From Thermoplasmata archaeon (lineage in GTDB: Archaea > Thermoplasmatota > E2 > JACPAO01 > JAHFTW01): DNA of 64,000 nucleotides. The stretch spans positions 96,001 through 160,000 of the forward strand of contig JAXDQS010000003.1 in the NCBI GenBank assembly GCA_034667725.1, written 5' to 3'. Made by a program: the position numbers and the translations under genes. The notes beneath the pieces were generated by a model that had not been told where the DNA came from, ran no database searches, and saw nothing but the letters and a program-made list of their open reading frames with translations. This document shows, one piece after another, positions 1-8,886 of this stretch; within the stretch, counting starts at the first letter, position 1; every line of letters begins with the position of its first letter.

Positions 1-143
1 TCCCAGGGGAAACCCCGCCGGCCTGGCGGCCGACACGCGGGAGGTATATGAGCCAAAGGGTTGGCGGGCAGGTCGCGCCGGCTGCTGCGCGATCCATGAG
101 CTTCCGGTTCGTCCGCTGCCGTCGCCAGATGGGCAAATGACTT

Positions 144-884
144 CTAGGCGCACTGCCGCAACAACGGGGTTGCCACGGTGACTGGGGCATGATCGATGCG
201 TGGCGTCACATGGACTTCAATGGCACTGTTTTCGGGGCCGACCGAGAACGAGTGCTTGACGCGTGCGTTGCCATGCGCTTCATCAAGCAAGAATCGCTTG
301 TCCTGGAACCGCATTTCGTGCACGCCTGATGGCGGATTGGTGGGCCGCCAATAGATGCGATCATGGACGATGGGCGCCGTCAGGTTTGCCTCAATGGACA
401 CATCGTACACGAACACGGTGGCCGTGAGCGGCTGGGTCATCTCGTAGCCGCGGTCGGTGACGACAGCGACGTTGCTGGCCGATGTTGAAAAATTGTACAC
501 GTCTCGCTGCGACGCTTGCTCCAAGACCAGGTAGCCTCCCCGAATCGGCTGACGTCCCAAATCGAACTCGAATGCGACGGGGCTTGCAGTGGACCCGGAG
601 AGGGCTGGGAGGCGATGGTGCAGGCTCCACTCGAACGCTGGCTCGGCGGTCGAGAAGAAGCATCGCCAACCCATGGGATTGAATGCAGCCGCGTCGAGGC
701 TTTGGGCCACCTCCGGCGGGTATGCGATGCACTCGCCGGGGGCGTCTCCATCGCACGCCGCGTACTCGTCCAACCACGCCAGCGCTTCACCGGGGTTGTC
801 CGGGGTTGTCGTGCATCCGGCGAAAGCCGCGAACATCAACAGAAGCACCAGTGCGGCTCCGCGCCCTGGCTCGGCCGGTCTCAT
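144..884 (-). CDS. Hypothetical lipoprotein
   Basis: 246-aa ORF; hydrophobic N-terminus ending in lipobox FAGC; abuts upstream gene; visibly lower GC than flanks. Confidence 0.7.
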   Translation of the reverse strand: MRPAEPGRGAALVLLLMFAAFAGCTTTPDNPGEALAWLDEYAACDGDAPGECIAYPPEVAQSLDAAAFNPMGWRCFFSTAEPAFEWSLHHRLPALSGSTASPVAFEFDLGRQPIRGGYLVLEQASQRDVYNFSTSASNVAVVTDRGYEMTQPLTATVFVYDVSIEANLTAPIVHDRIYWRPTNPPSGVHEMRFQDKRFLLDEAHGNARVKHSFSVGPENSAIEVHVTPRIDHAPVTVATPLLRQCA

Positions 885-2000
885 CTAGGCAACGCCTCGC
901 CAAGCCAGGAGCGGCTTGACGTAAATGGTCGACGTTCCGCCTGGACCAACGCATCCGTTGGCCAGCGCCGGTCCCGTCGCCGTGGACATGGCCGCCGTCC
1001 CGGCTCTGGTTCCCACCCAGGGAGCCGCGCTGCAACCAGCAGATTGCGAACGGACGGCTTGGCTAGCGAGTTGGACGCTGACGGCGTCCGCCTCGACATC
1101 GTCGGCCAACTTCTCACACGCGGCGGACGCCCTCGCCAGGATGGCGGTTCCGGCATCCCCAATCTTCCAGGCGATGACGGGGGACATGGTGCCTGCCGCA
1201 GGAGCGGCGACGTTCCACGAGGCGTAGAGTTCGCTGGCGTCGGAGCGGAACAACTGCAACGTCGAGCCGTCAAGACCCACGACCTGCGTGCTGATGGCGT
1301 CCGCGGCCGTGCAGCCGCTCGAAATTGGAACGGAGCCCTCGGCCATGCAGGGGGTGCACAAGCCCGTTGGTCCGATGTATTTGAACAGCAGCTCGCTGTC
1401 GTATGTCGTGGAGCTGGTGCAGGCAATCGAGCCACCCAAGGTCATCTCGCCCTTGAAGGTCGGCCCATCCCAGATGCTGTACTCAAGCCCAACCGTGACG
1501 TCCCAGTGGAATTCGACAGTGCAGGAGTCTGCGCCGGCCGAGCCGACGGTCCCCGCGTTGACTTCCACGGTCGCCCCTGCCATCGCGGCGCCCAGATGGT
1601 AGCAGGTCGCGGACTGGTAGCCGATGCCGCGGGCGATGTCCGCAAGAAGGCCATCCATCTCGAAGCCAATGCCGTAGGCGTCCGGGCCAACGATGATGGC
1701 GCCGGGGGCCAGGCTCCAACTCGCGTAGACATCGGACTGCCAACCGCCGAGGACGACCGGCTCGACGGGTTGGACCTGGAAGAGTTGGAACCAGCTTCCG
1801 CCGGGGCCGTAAATCTTGGACGTGATGGGATAGGCCAACTTGCCCGCTCCAGCGTCGCAGGTGTTCGTCGCGCCGATCGGGTCGGCCGACACGGGCATCG
1901 CCACCCCCGCGAGAATCAGCAGAGAGGATAGCCCGAGGGGTAGGACACGCCGGGGCACTGGAGAGAACTTGGATCTCAGGGTTCTGGATGGGGTGGTCAT
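885..2000 (-). CDS. Hypothetical secreted Cys-containing protein
   Basis: 371-aa ORF; signal peptide RRVLPLGLSSLLILAGVAMPVSA; 10 Cys including CTPC; beta-rich composition; lower GC. Confidence 0.7.
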   Translation of the reverse strand: MTTPSRTLRSKFSPVPRRVLPLGLSSLLILAGVAMPVSADPIGATNTCDAGAGKLAYPITSKIYGPGGSWFQLFQVQPVEPVVLGGWQSDVYASWSLAPGAIIVGPDAYGIGFEMDGLLADIARGIGYQSATCYHLGAAMAGATVEVNAGTVGSAGADSCTVEFHWDVTVGLEYSIWDGPTFKGEMTLGGSIACTSSTTYDSELLFKYIGPTGLCTPCMAEGSVPISSGCTAADAISTQVVGLDGSTLQLFRSDASELYASWNVAAPAAGTMSPVIAWKIGDAGTAILARASAACEKLADDVEADAVSVQLASQAVRSQSAGCSAAPWVGTRAGTAAMSTATGPALANGCVGPGGTSTIYVKPLLAWRGVA

Positions 2001-2108
2001 CCCATCGACGGCCTAACAATCTCGGTATTTCCATGTTATGGCTAATAACGGCACATTTGATGGTATTGAAACGACGTCCCGGCGACACCGCCATGGATGC
2101 GGCGGCCG

Positions 2109-2915
2109 CTAATGATGCCCCGCCACCGTGTCCCTTCCCCCAGGCCGTTCCGCCTCGATGGAGCGCAGCCCCCAGCGCTTCTGCCATGCCCGCGGGGGCC
2201 GGTAGGCCATGAGGATCGCCAAGCCGCCGAGCACGGTCAGCATGCGTGAAACATACTGCCACGCCTCGGAGCTGGCGGCGCCCGTGCTGGCTTGCAGGGC
2301 GCTGGCGACCAGCGAGGCGCCGAACCAGACGACGATGCTGCCGGCCACCATGGCGATGCGGTAGCGCTGGGTGTTGTCCTGCGCCTTGCGGTAGAGGCCC
2401 GCGTAGGCCAGGGCGGCCGCGACCTGGGGGCCGATCAGGAGCACGACGAACGCCAGGGCGACGGCGGGGTTGTAGTCCACCTTGGGCAGGCGGGTGATGG
2501 TCCAGCCGTTGTCGGCGAGCTGGGTGGGGGGGCCGATCTGGTAGAGGAGGGCCACGACCCAGCCATACATGACGATGTAGAGCACCACGAGGGAGGCCAG
2601 GTAGCGCTTGTTGCCCGTGTAGAGGTAGATCAGGTAGTACAGCAGGCCGAGCAGGCCGGAGAGCAGCACCAGGAGGGCGACCTGGGTGATGGCTTGGTAG
2701 AGCCAGATCTCCAGCCGGCCCGTCATGTGCAGCACGTTGGTGGCGACGGTGAGGGCGCTGGTGGCGGCCAGGGCGTACCACCACAGCACGAACATGCCGT
2801 GGGCGACCTTGGCGTCCTCGGAGACGCGGCGGGCCTGGAGGCGCCAGCCGACGTAGGCGTAGAGCAGGCCGGTGAGGGCCGAGAACCCCGTGGCCATCAC
2901 GAAGGTGGTCAGCAT
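2109..2915 (-). CDS. Seven-transmembrane membrane protein (HisKA_7TM-like sensor module, stand-alone)
   Basis: C-terminal 268 aa of ORF 2109..4127 starting MLTTFVMATG (ATG at 2915, 2 nt after kinase stop); seven hydrophobic helices. Confidence 0.8.
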   Translation of the reverse strand: MLTTFVMATGFSALTGLLYAYVGWRLQARRVSEDAKVAHGMFVLWWYALAATSALTVATNVLHMTGRLEIWLYQAITQVALLVLLSGLLGLLYYLIYLYTGNKRYLASLVVLYIVMYGWVVALLYQIGPPTQLADNGWTITRLPKVDYNPAVALAFVVLLIGPQVAAALAYAGLYRKAQDNTQRYRIAMVAGSIVVWFGASLVASALQASTGAASSEAWQYVSRMLTVLGGLAILMAYRPPRAWQKRWGLRSIEAERPGGRDTVAGHH

Positions 2916-2917
2916 CG

Positions 2918-4051
2918 TCAGATCAGCTCCCGGAGGCGGCGGGCCAGGGCGGTGGGGGAGCGCGGCTCGGCCTCGTGGACCACCAGGGTGGGGTTGGCGT
3001 GGGCCAAGGGCAGGCTGAAGCGGAAGCGGGCGCCTTTGCCGGGGCCGCCGGAGCGGACGGTGACGCGGCCGCCTTGGGCCTCGATGATGCCTTTGCAGAT
3101 GTAGAGGCCGAGGCCGGTGCCTTGGACCTTGAGCTGGTTGGGGTCGTGCACTTGGCTGAAGGGGCGGAACAGGCGGGAGATCTGCTCGGCGGTGAGGCCG
3201 GCGCCGGTGTCCTCGACGTCGACCTCGGCCATGCCGGCGATGCGGCGGGCGCGGACGGCGACCTGGCCGCCGGCGGGGGTGAACTTGATGGCGTTCGAGA
3301 GGAGGTTGAACAGCACTTGGAGGACCCGTTGGCGGTCGGCGTGGACGTGCAGGCGGGGGTCGATCGCGACCTGGTTGGTGAGCCCGACGCGGCGGGCGGT
3401 CTCGGAGTAGGAGTCGACGGCCTCGGCCACGGCCTCCTCGAGGGCCATGGGCTTGGGATCGATGGGCAGGCGGCCGGCCTCCAGGCGGGCCACGTCGAGG
3501 ATCTCGGTGACGAGGTCGGAGAGGCGCTTGACGTTGCGGCCCAGGACGTCGATGGCGTGCTTCTGCGGGGCCGTCATCTCGCCGAGCGCGCCGGAGAGCA
3601 GCAGGTGGGTCTGGAGCCGCAGCGGCGTCAGCGGGGTGTTGAGCTCGTGGGCCGCGATGTTGAGGAGGCGGGTCTTGAGGCGGTCGGCCTCCTGCAGGCG
3701 CTCCAGCTCGGACTGGCCGTCGTGGGGCCGGAACACCCACAGCTGCACCCGCTTGTCGTCCAGCTCGACCTCGCGGGGCACCAGGTCCACTTCCAGGAGC
3801 CCTTCCGGGCGCTCCAGGGTGATGGCGACCGTCTCCTGGCCGGCGCCGGCCATCCGGTCCAGCATCGCCTGGCGGTCGCGCGCCGGCATCAGGTCGCCGA
3901 TGAGGCGGCCTTCCAGGCTGGCCACCGTCTGGCCCAACAGCCGCGCCAGCGGGGCGTTGGCCGCAAGGATGGCGGACCCGTCGTGGGCCGCGATGGGGTC
4001 GGGGCTTGCCGCGAGGATGGCCCTGACCGGCGCTTCGGTGGAAGCCGGCAC
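2918..4051 (-). CDS. PAS-domain sensor histidine kinase (cytoplasmic)
   Basis: H-box AAHELNTPLT, N-box NLLSNAIKFT, G1 DTGAGL, G2 GTGLGLYIC; N-terminal PAS-like segment; GTG start 23 nt after TATA-like ATTTATG. Confidence 0.93.
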   Translation of the reverse strand: MPASTEAPVRAILAASPDPIAAHDGSAILAANAPLARLLGQTVASLEGRLIGDLMPARDRQAMLDRMAGAGQETVAITLERPEGLLEVDLVPREVELDDKRVQLWVFRPHDGQSELERLQEADRLKTRLLNIAAHELNTPLTPLRLQTHLLLSGALGEMTAPQKHAIDVLGRNVKRLSDLVTEILDVARLEAGRLPIDPKPMALEEAVAEAVDSYSETARRVGLTNQVAIDPRLHVHADRQRVLQVLFNLLSNAIKFTPAGGQVAVRARRIAGMAEVDVEDTGAGLTAEQISRLFRPFSQVHDPNQLKVQGTGLGLYICKGIIEAQGGRVTVRSGGPGKGARFRFSLPLAHANPTLVVHEAEPRSPTALARRLRELI

Positions 4052-4074
4052 GGGGTTCGATCCTGCCCTCGGTG

Positions 4075-4081
4075 CATAAAT
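4075..4081 (-). promoter_or_regulatory. TATA box of histidine kinase gene
   Basis: ATTTATG on minus strand, 23 nt upstream of GTG 4051. Confidence 0.55.
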
Positions 4082-4141
4082 AGCATTGCCCGATTGGCTT
4101 TGTACTGCGGAGTGCGGACATCCGCAATCCCTGAGGCCCCC

Positions 4142-4549
4142 ATGCCGGAACCTATCCTGCAACTGAGCCAGCCAGGCCGCGTCCTGGTGGTGGACGACGA
4201 GCAGGACATCCTGGACTCGCTCAAGACCCTCCTCGAGAGCGCGCTCCCCGGGCTGGAATGCCTGATCGCGCCGTCCGGCGCCGAGGGGCTGCGGCTGCTG
4301 TCGCAAGGCGGCGTGGACATGGTCATCTCGGACTACAAGATGCCCGACATGAACGGCCTGCGCTTCCTGGAGCAGGCCCGCGCCATGGCCCCTGAGGTCC
4401 CCCGTCTCCTGATGACCGCCTTCCCGCACCTGGAAGTGGCCATCGAGGCCATCAACGAGGCCAGGGTCGAGGTCTTCCTGACCAAGCCCCTCGACCCCGA
4501 CAAGCTGCTGAAGGTCGTGGCCGAGAAGCTGAACGCGCGGGCTAAGTGA
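4142..4549 (+). CDS. Stand-alone response regulator receiver protein
   Basis: VLVVDDE...VISDYKMPDMNG...MTA...FLTKP motifs; ATG at 4142; no output domain. Confidence 0.93.
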   Translation: MPEPILQLSQPGRVLVVDDEQDILDSLKTLLESALPGLECLIAPSGAEGLRLLSQGGVDMVISDYKMPDMNGLRFLEQARAMAPEVPRLLMTAFPHLEVAIEAINEARVEVFLTKPLDPDKLLKVVAEKLNARAK

Positions 4550-5495
4550 AGGTCAGCACGACCACCAGGTCCTGGAAGTCGGCCGCCGAGCTTTGCAGGT
4601 CGTCCACGAACTCGAAGAGCAGGATCAGCTGGTTGGCGTCCAGCACCATCGTCTGCGTCTGGGTGTTGACGTAGGGCTGCATGAAGGCCTCCAGCGACTG
4701 CTGGTTGCCGAAGGCGGGCACGTTGGGCGCGGGGTCGCCGGCGGCCAGCACCTCGACGTGCGGCGTGAACACGATGGAGTCGTACTGCTCGAAGAAGTTC
4801 CCGCAGCTTGCCATCTGGGCGGTGCCGCGGATGCCCACGGCGGTGCCCGAGGCCACCAGGAACTGCGCCGTCTCGCCGCCGTCCACGGCAGCACCGCCGG
4901 CCATCGGCGACCAGCTGGCGCCGCCGTTCTGGCTCCAGGCGGCCGTGACCGGGATGGTCGGCCCGTTGGCGCCGCAGGTGATGGCGGCGCCGATGACCTC
5001 CACGTCGATGGTGCGGTCGCCCTGCACCACGAGGCGGGGCGTGCCGGCGCCGACCTTGAAGGCCGGCTCCTGGGAGCGCAGGGCCTCGATGGCGAACACG
5101 AACCGGGTCGGCGTGTAGACCTCGACGGCCACCTCGACGGCGGAGCCGACGTAGCACAGCGGGTCGTGGCCGGCGATGCAGATGCGCGTGCCGGGCCGCC
5201 ACTCGGTGGCGCCTCCCAATTGCGCCTGGAACGTGGACAGCGGCACGTCGACGCGGTTGCCGTCGATGGTCAGGCGCAGGAAGGTGCCTTCCACCGGGAT
5301 GGGCATCGGGCCGGTGGGCTGGACGCGGTAGCCGTCGCTGTTGAAGATGGCCTGCCCGCCGGAGCTCGTGGCGACCTCGTCGTCGGCGCCGAGGCGGCTC
5401 GACATGAGGAAGAACAGCGTGACCAAGGCGACCGTGATGCCGACCAGCAGGATGACGCCCACCGGCGTGACGGCGGCCTCGTCGTTGCGCCGCAT
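4542..5495 (-). CDS. Archaeal type IV pilin-like protein with C-terminal DUF4114-like domain
   Basis: N-terminus MRRNDEAAVTPVGVILLVGITV (class III signal peptide); C-terminus LLFEF...ADFQDLVVVL. Confidence 0.8.
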   Translation of the reverse strand: MRRNDEAAVTPVGVILLVGITVALVTLFFLMSSRLGADDEVATSSGGQAIFNSDGYRVQPTGPMPIPVEGTFLRLTIDGNRVDVPLSTFQAQLGGATEWRPGTRICIAGHDPLCYVGSAVEVAVEVYTPTRFVFAIEALRSQEPAFKVGAGTPRLVVQGDRTIDVEVIGAAITCGANGPTIPVTAAWSQNGGASWSPMAGGAAVDGGETAQFLVASGTAVGIRGTAQMASCGNFFEQYDSIVFTPHVEVLAAGDPAPNVPAFGNQQSLEAFMQPYVNTQTQTMVLDANQLILLFEFVDDLQSSAADFQDLVVVLTFT

Positions 5496-5520
5496 GGGCC
5501 TGCTGCGGCCGCTTCCTCCC

Positions 5521-5526
5521 CTTAAG
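5521..5526 (-). promoter_or_regulatory. TATA box of third pilin-like gene
   Basis: CTTAAG 25 nt upstream of ATG 5495; same hexamer precedes leuC and the 20738 gene. Confidence 0.55.
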
Positions 5527-5541
5527 CTTGGCCGCATGGGT

Positions 5542-6981
5542 CTATCCGCTGGCCTGGAGCGCGATGTCCACGGTCGCCGCCACCAGCTCGAGCTGCACGT
5601 CCTTGGTCGTGTCCGCGGTGGCCGAGCAGGGCCCGAACAGCACCAGCGTCGCCGAGGTCGCGGTCGAGGAGACGGAATACTGGGCGCCGGGGGTCAGGAC
5701 GGTGCAGGGCGGCACGGGGGCCACCGGCGTCGCGCTCAGGCCGGCCAAGGCAAGGCGGTCTTGCCAGAACGCCACCCAGGCCTCGGGGTGGCTGGTGCTG
5801 ATGGTGAAGGTGAGGTCGGCGGCGGCCAGCTCGGTCCATTCGCGGCCGGTGGTGGGCGACGCCACCACGGTGGCGCTGCGGGAGCCGGTGACGGCCGCGG
5901 AGCCGCCGGCAAGCGCGGGGAACGACCAGCGCAACCGGGTCTGCCCCTCGGTGACGCCGAGGGCGAACTGGGGCGGGACCAGCATCGCCTCGCCGTCCGC
6001 CTGCTCCAGGAACACGCCGCCATACTCGAAGACGTAGGTCTGCGACGGCAGCTGCTGGTTGGCGATGCCGACGCTCAGCACGCCCGTGGGGATGAAGTTG
6101 GTGTAGGTCGACAGCGTCTGGCCGGCGCCGCCGGCGCGCACCGTGCCGAACGAGGTGAGCTGGTCGTAGACCACGGCCGCCTGGCCGCCGGTGGTGCCCT
6201 GCGAGAACGCGATGGTCAGCGGCGCGACGCCGACCGGGATGCCGGCCAGCGCCGTCGGGAACATCGTGCCCGGATCCATCAGGTCGACGTAGTAGTTCGC
6301 GGGGGCCGCGGCGCCGATGTAGGTGTCGCGGATGTGGATGGCCGACGAGGCGCACGCGGCCGCGGCGGGGACGGCGGCGGCGAACACCTGCAGCTCGACG
6401 CTCTTGGACACCAGCGTCGTGCCGGTGGCCACCAGCCGGGCCTGCGCCTGGCAGTGGCCGTTGGCGTCGGTGACGGTGAACGACAGCGTCTGCGTGCCGG
6501 TGGGCAGGCCGCCGGGCGACGGGATGCGCAGCCGCAGGTGCACGATGCCCTGGACGTTGGCGATGGCGGCGCCGGTCCAGCTCCAGTCCTCGTCGAGGGC
6601 GTAGAGCGGGTTGCCGCCGGAGCGCTGCAAGGCCACGGGCCGGGCCGTGCTGATGGTGAGCCCTGCATTGGTGGCCGTGGGCGTGAAGGTGACGGTGCCT
6701 GGGATGGGCTGGCGCCCGAACAGGCTGAACCCTTGCTCATGCACCAGCGAGACGGGCTGCGACACCGGCGACAGGGTCTGGTTGCCCACGACGCGGTCCA
6801 GGTCGGAGCGGATCTCGCTCACTTGGCGGGCGGCCAGGATGCTGGCGTCCTTCTCGCGCTGGCGGTCCCACACCGGGACGTAGTCCACCTCGATGGTGAC
6901 CAGCGTGATGACCAGCAGGCCGAACATCAGGATGGCGCCCACCACGGAGGAGACGCCCTCGTCGCCTTGGTCCGGCGTCAT
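5542..6981 (-). CDS. Large archaeal pilin-like protein (minor pilin/adhesin)
   Basis: MTPDQGDEGVSSVVGAILMFGLLVITLVTIEVDYVPVW class III signal; ATG overlaps upstream stop (ATGA). Confidence 0.82.
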   Translation of the reverse strand: MTPDQGDEGVSSVVGAILMFGLLVITLVTIEVDYVPVWDRQREKDASILAARQVSEIRSDLDRVVGNQTLSPVSQPVSLVHEQGFSLFGRQPIPGTVTFTPTATNAGLTISTARPVALQRSGGNPLYALDEDWSWTGAAIANVQGIVHLRLRIPSPGGLPTGTQTLSFTVTDANGHCQAQARLVATGTTLVSKSVELQVFAAAVPAAAACASSAIHIRDTYIGAAAPANYYVDLMDPGTMFPTALAGIPVGVAPLTIAFSQGTTGGQAAVVYDQLTSFGTVRAGGAGQTLSTYTNFIPTGVLSVGIANQQLPSQTYVFEYGGVFLEQADGEAMLVPPQFALGVTEGQTRLRWSFPALAGGSAAVTGSRSATVVASPTTGREWTELAAADLTFTISTSHPEAWVAFWQDRLALAGLSATPVAPVPPCTVLTPGAQYSVSSTATSATLVLFGPCSATADTTKDVQLELVAATVDIALQASG

Positions 6982-8774
6982 GGGGCGCTCACCACCCGCA
7001 CGAAGTCGAGCCCCAGGCTTGTCTGGAGGGTGTCGGCGCCGGCGTCGACGAGGCGGATGCGCACGTCGCGGGTGCCGACGGCGACCTCCGTGGCCGCCAG
7101 GAACACCGAGACGGTGCCCGCGCCCGACAGCGTGGCGCGGCCGGTGTTGTAGGAGTTGCCGGTCCAGTCCCAGACGCGCACGTCGAACGCCTCGTTGGCG
7201 CCCGAATACTCGAGCTGCAGGTAATAGGTGCCGCCGACCGAGAGCGGGACGACGCCGGCCCAGTCGAACTGCTGGGTGGCGGTGAAGGCGCTGGAGCCGA
7301 CCTCGACCCAGACGCGGTCGACGCGCCAGCTGCTGGTGCCGCCGTTGTTGTCCTTGCTGCCCACCTGGGCAGGCAGCACCATGACCTCCAGGTTGGAGAG
7401 CGTGGTGGCGTCCCAGGCGCTGACGCCCGGCGGGAACTGGGCGGTGATGTCGAAGGTGAGCTGCACGTCGTTGGGGTTCGACTGGGCGGCGACGACGCCC
7501 GAGGCCGTCGGGGTGGCGGGGAACGCGGTGCCGCAGGTGCCTGGGTTGATGTTGCACACCTGGAGCTGCCAGCCGTCGTTGCTGTAGCGCACGATGGACT
7601 GCTCCAGCTGGACCTGGACCTGGGTGACGGGGCCGATGGAGACGACGTTGCTGAACTGCACGCGCAGCCCGCCCAGGTTGGTGGTGGTCGAGTCACGGGT
7701 GTTGTCCGAGGCCTGGATGGCGGCCAGCACGGTGCCGGACGAGGCGGTCCAGCCGGTGGTGAGCGGCACGCCGTCAGGGTTGAGCGTCACCAGGGCCGCC
7801 GCCGAGGCGCCCTCGACCACGTTGGCCAGCGCGCCGTCGTCGGCGTTGACGTTGGCCGGGCTGGTGATGGTGGTGGGCGCCACCGCGGTCTGGCCGTTGG
7901 GCGGCGTCACGGCGCCGAGGATGTCGATGAAGTCGGTGCGCACCGGCGTGCTGCCGACGTTGCCGCCCCGGTCCGTCACGCCCGCGGCGTAGTATTGCAG
8001 CGTCTGGCCGCCCTTGGCCGCCCAGCCGCCCCCGCCCGGCGCCGGGATGCTGCCGGTCCACCGGGTGGTGAGGCCGGCCGCGGGCGCCATCGCGCCCAGG
8101 TCAGCCAAGGCCGCCGGGGTCACGGAGGCCCACAGGTGAGGCGCCGGGACCGCCGAGAACGGGGCCTGCATCGCGTCGACGCCGGCGCAGTCGTCGGTGA
8201 GGTCCATCGTGACCGTCACCGCGCCGCTGGCGCCGCTGCCGATGGTGAGGTCGACCGGCGCCTGGGTCCAGGCCGCCGTCGGGGGCGAGGTGTCGAACGG
8301 GCAGGCGGCGCCCGCCGTGACGGCGCCCGGCACGACGGCGGCCGTGGCCAGGAGCGTGGAGGCGCCCTCGGTGTTGACGACGTTGATGGCGACGCGGTCG
8401 GTCGACTGGAGCGGGACGGTGCGGGTCCAGCGTTCGCCGACGCTGAGCCGGCCGCCGGAGAAGCCGAGCGCCGCGCCCGTGATGCCGACCGGGGCGCCGC
8501 CGTTGAGGCTGTAGGAGACGATGGTGGTGTCCTGGGCCAGCGGGTCGCCGCCGAGGTGGGTCACGACCAACTGCTCGTCGCCGGTGCCCCACGCCTGGTT
8601 GCCAGGGCTCACCGACACGGCGAGGTTGCTCTGCGGGGTGGCCTGCGGCGGGGGGAGCGCGAACAGCAGCCCGGCCATCGCCACCGCCAGCAGGACCGTG
8701 ATGCCGACCAGCAAGGCAGACCCGACCACGTCGGAGACTGCCTCGTCGTCGTTCAGGTGCGGCAGCCTTTCCAT
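6978..8774 (-). CDS. Type IV pilin N-terminal (DUF1628-like) domain protein with long beta-rich extension
   Basis: MERLPHLNDDEAVSDVVGSALLVGITVLLAVA; conserved VTHLGGDPL and LSVGERW pilin motifs; 598 aa. Confidence 0.85.
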   Translation of the reverse strand: MERLPHLNDDEAVSDVVGSALLVGITVLLAVAMAGLLFALPPPQATPQSNLAVSVSPGNQAWGTGDEQLVVTHLGGDPLAQDTTIVSYSLNGGAPVGITGAALGFSGGRLSVGERWTRTVPLQSTDRVAINVVNTEGASTLLATAAVVPGAVTAGAACPFDTSPPTAAWTQAPVDLTIGSGASGAVTVTMDLTDDCAGVDAMQAPFSAVPAPHLWASVTPAALADLGAMAPAAGLTTRWTGSIPAPGGGGWAAKGGQTLQYYAAGVTDRGGNVGSTPVRTDFIDILGAVTPPNGQTAVAPTTITSPANVNADDGALANVVEGASAAALVTLNPDGVPLTTGWTASSGTVLAAIQASDNTRDSTTTNLGGLRVQFSNVVSIGPVTQVQVQLEQSIVRYSNDGWQLQVCNINPGTCGTAFPATPTASGVVAAQSNPNDVQLTFDITAQFPPGVSAWDATTLSNLEVMVLPAQVGSKDNNGGTSSWRVDRVWVEVGSSAFTATQQFDWAGVVPLSVGGTYYLQLEYSGANEAFDVRVWDWTGNSYNTGRATLSGAGTVSVFLAATEVAVGTRDVRIRLVDAGADTLQTSLGLDFVRVVSAP

Positions 8775-8886
8775 CCGGGGGTTTGTAGGAAAACGGGGTT
8801 GATACCGCTTTGGGAAAGAGCCTGGGAGAGCGTCCCGGCCGATGAGCCAACCTTTTGAGGGTCGCGCGGGCTTGGGGAGCGCAAGG

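Noticed and set aside
2109-2915. Microbial rhodopsin
   Set aside because: Seven helices are present, but helix 7 lacks the retinal-binding Lys (DxxxK/SxxxK) motif.
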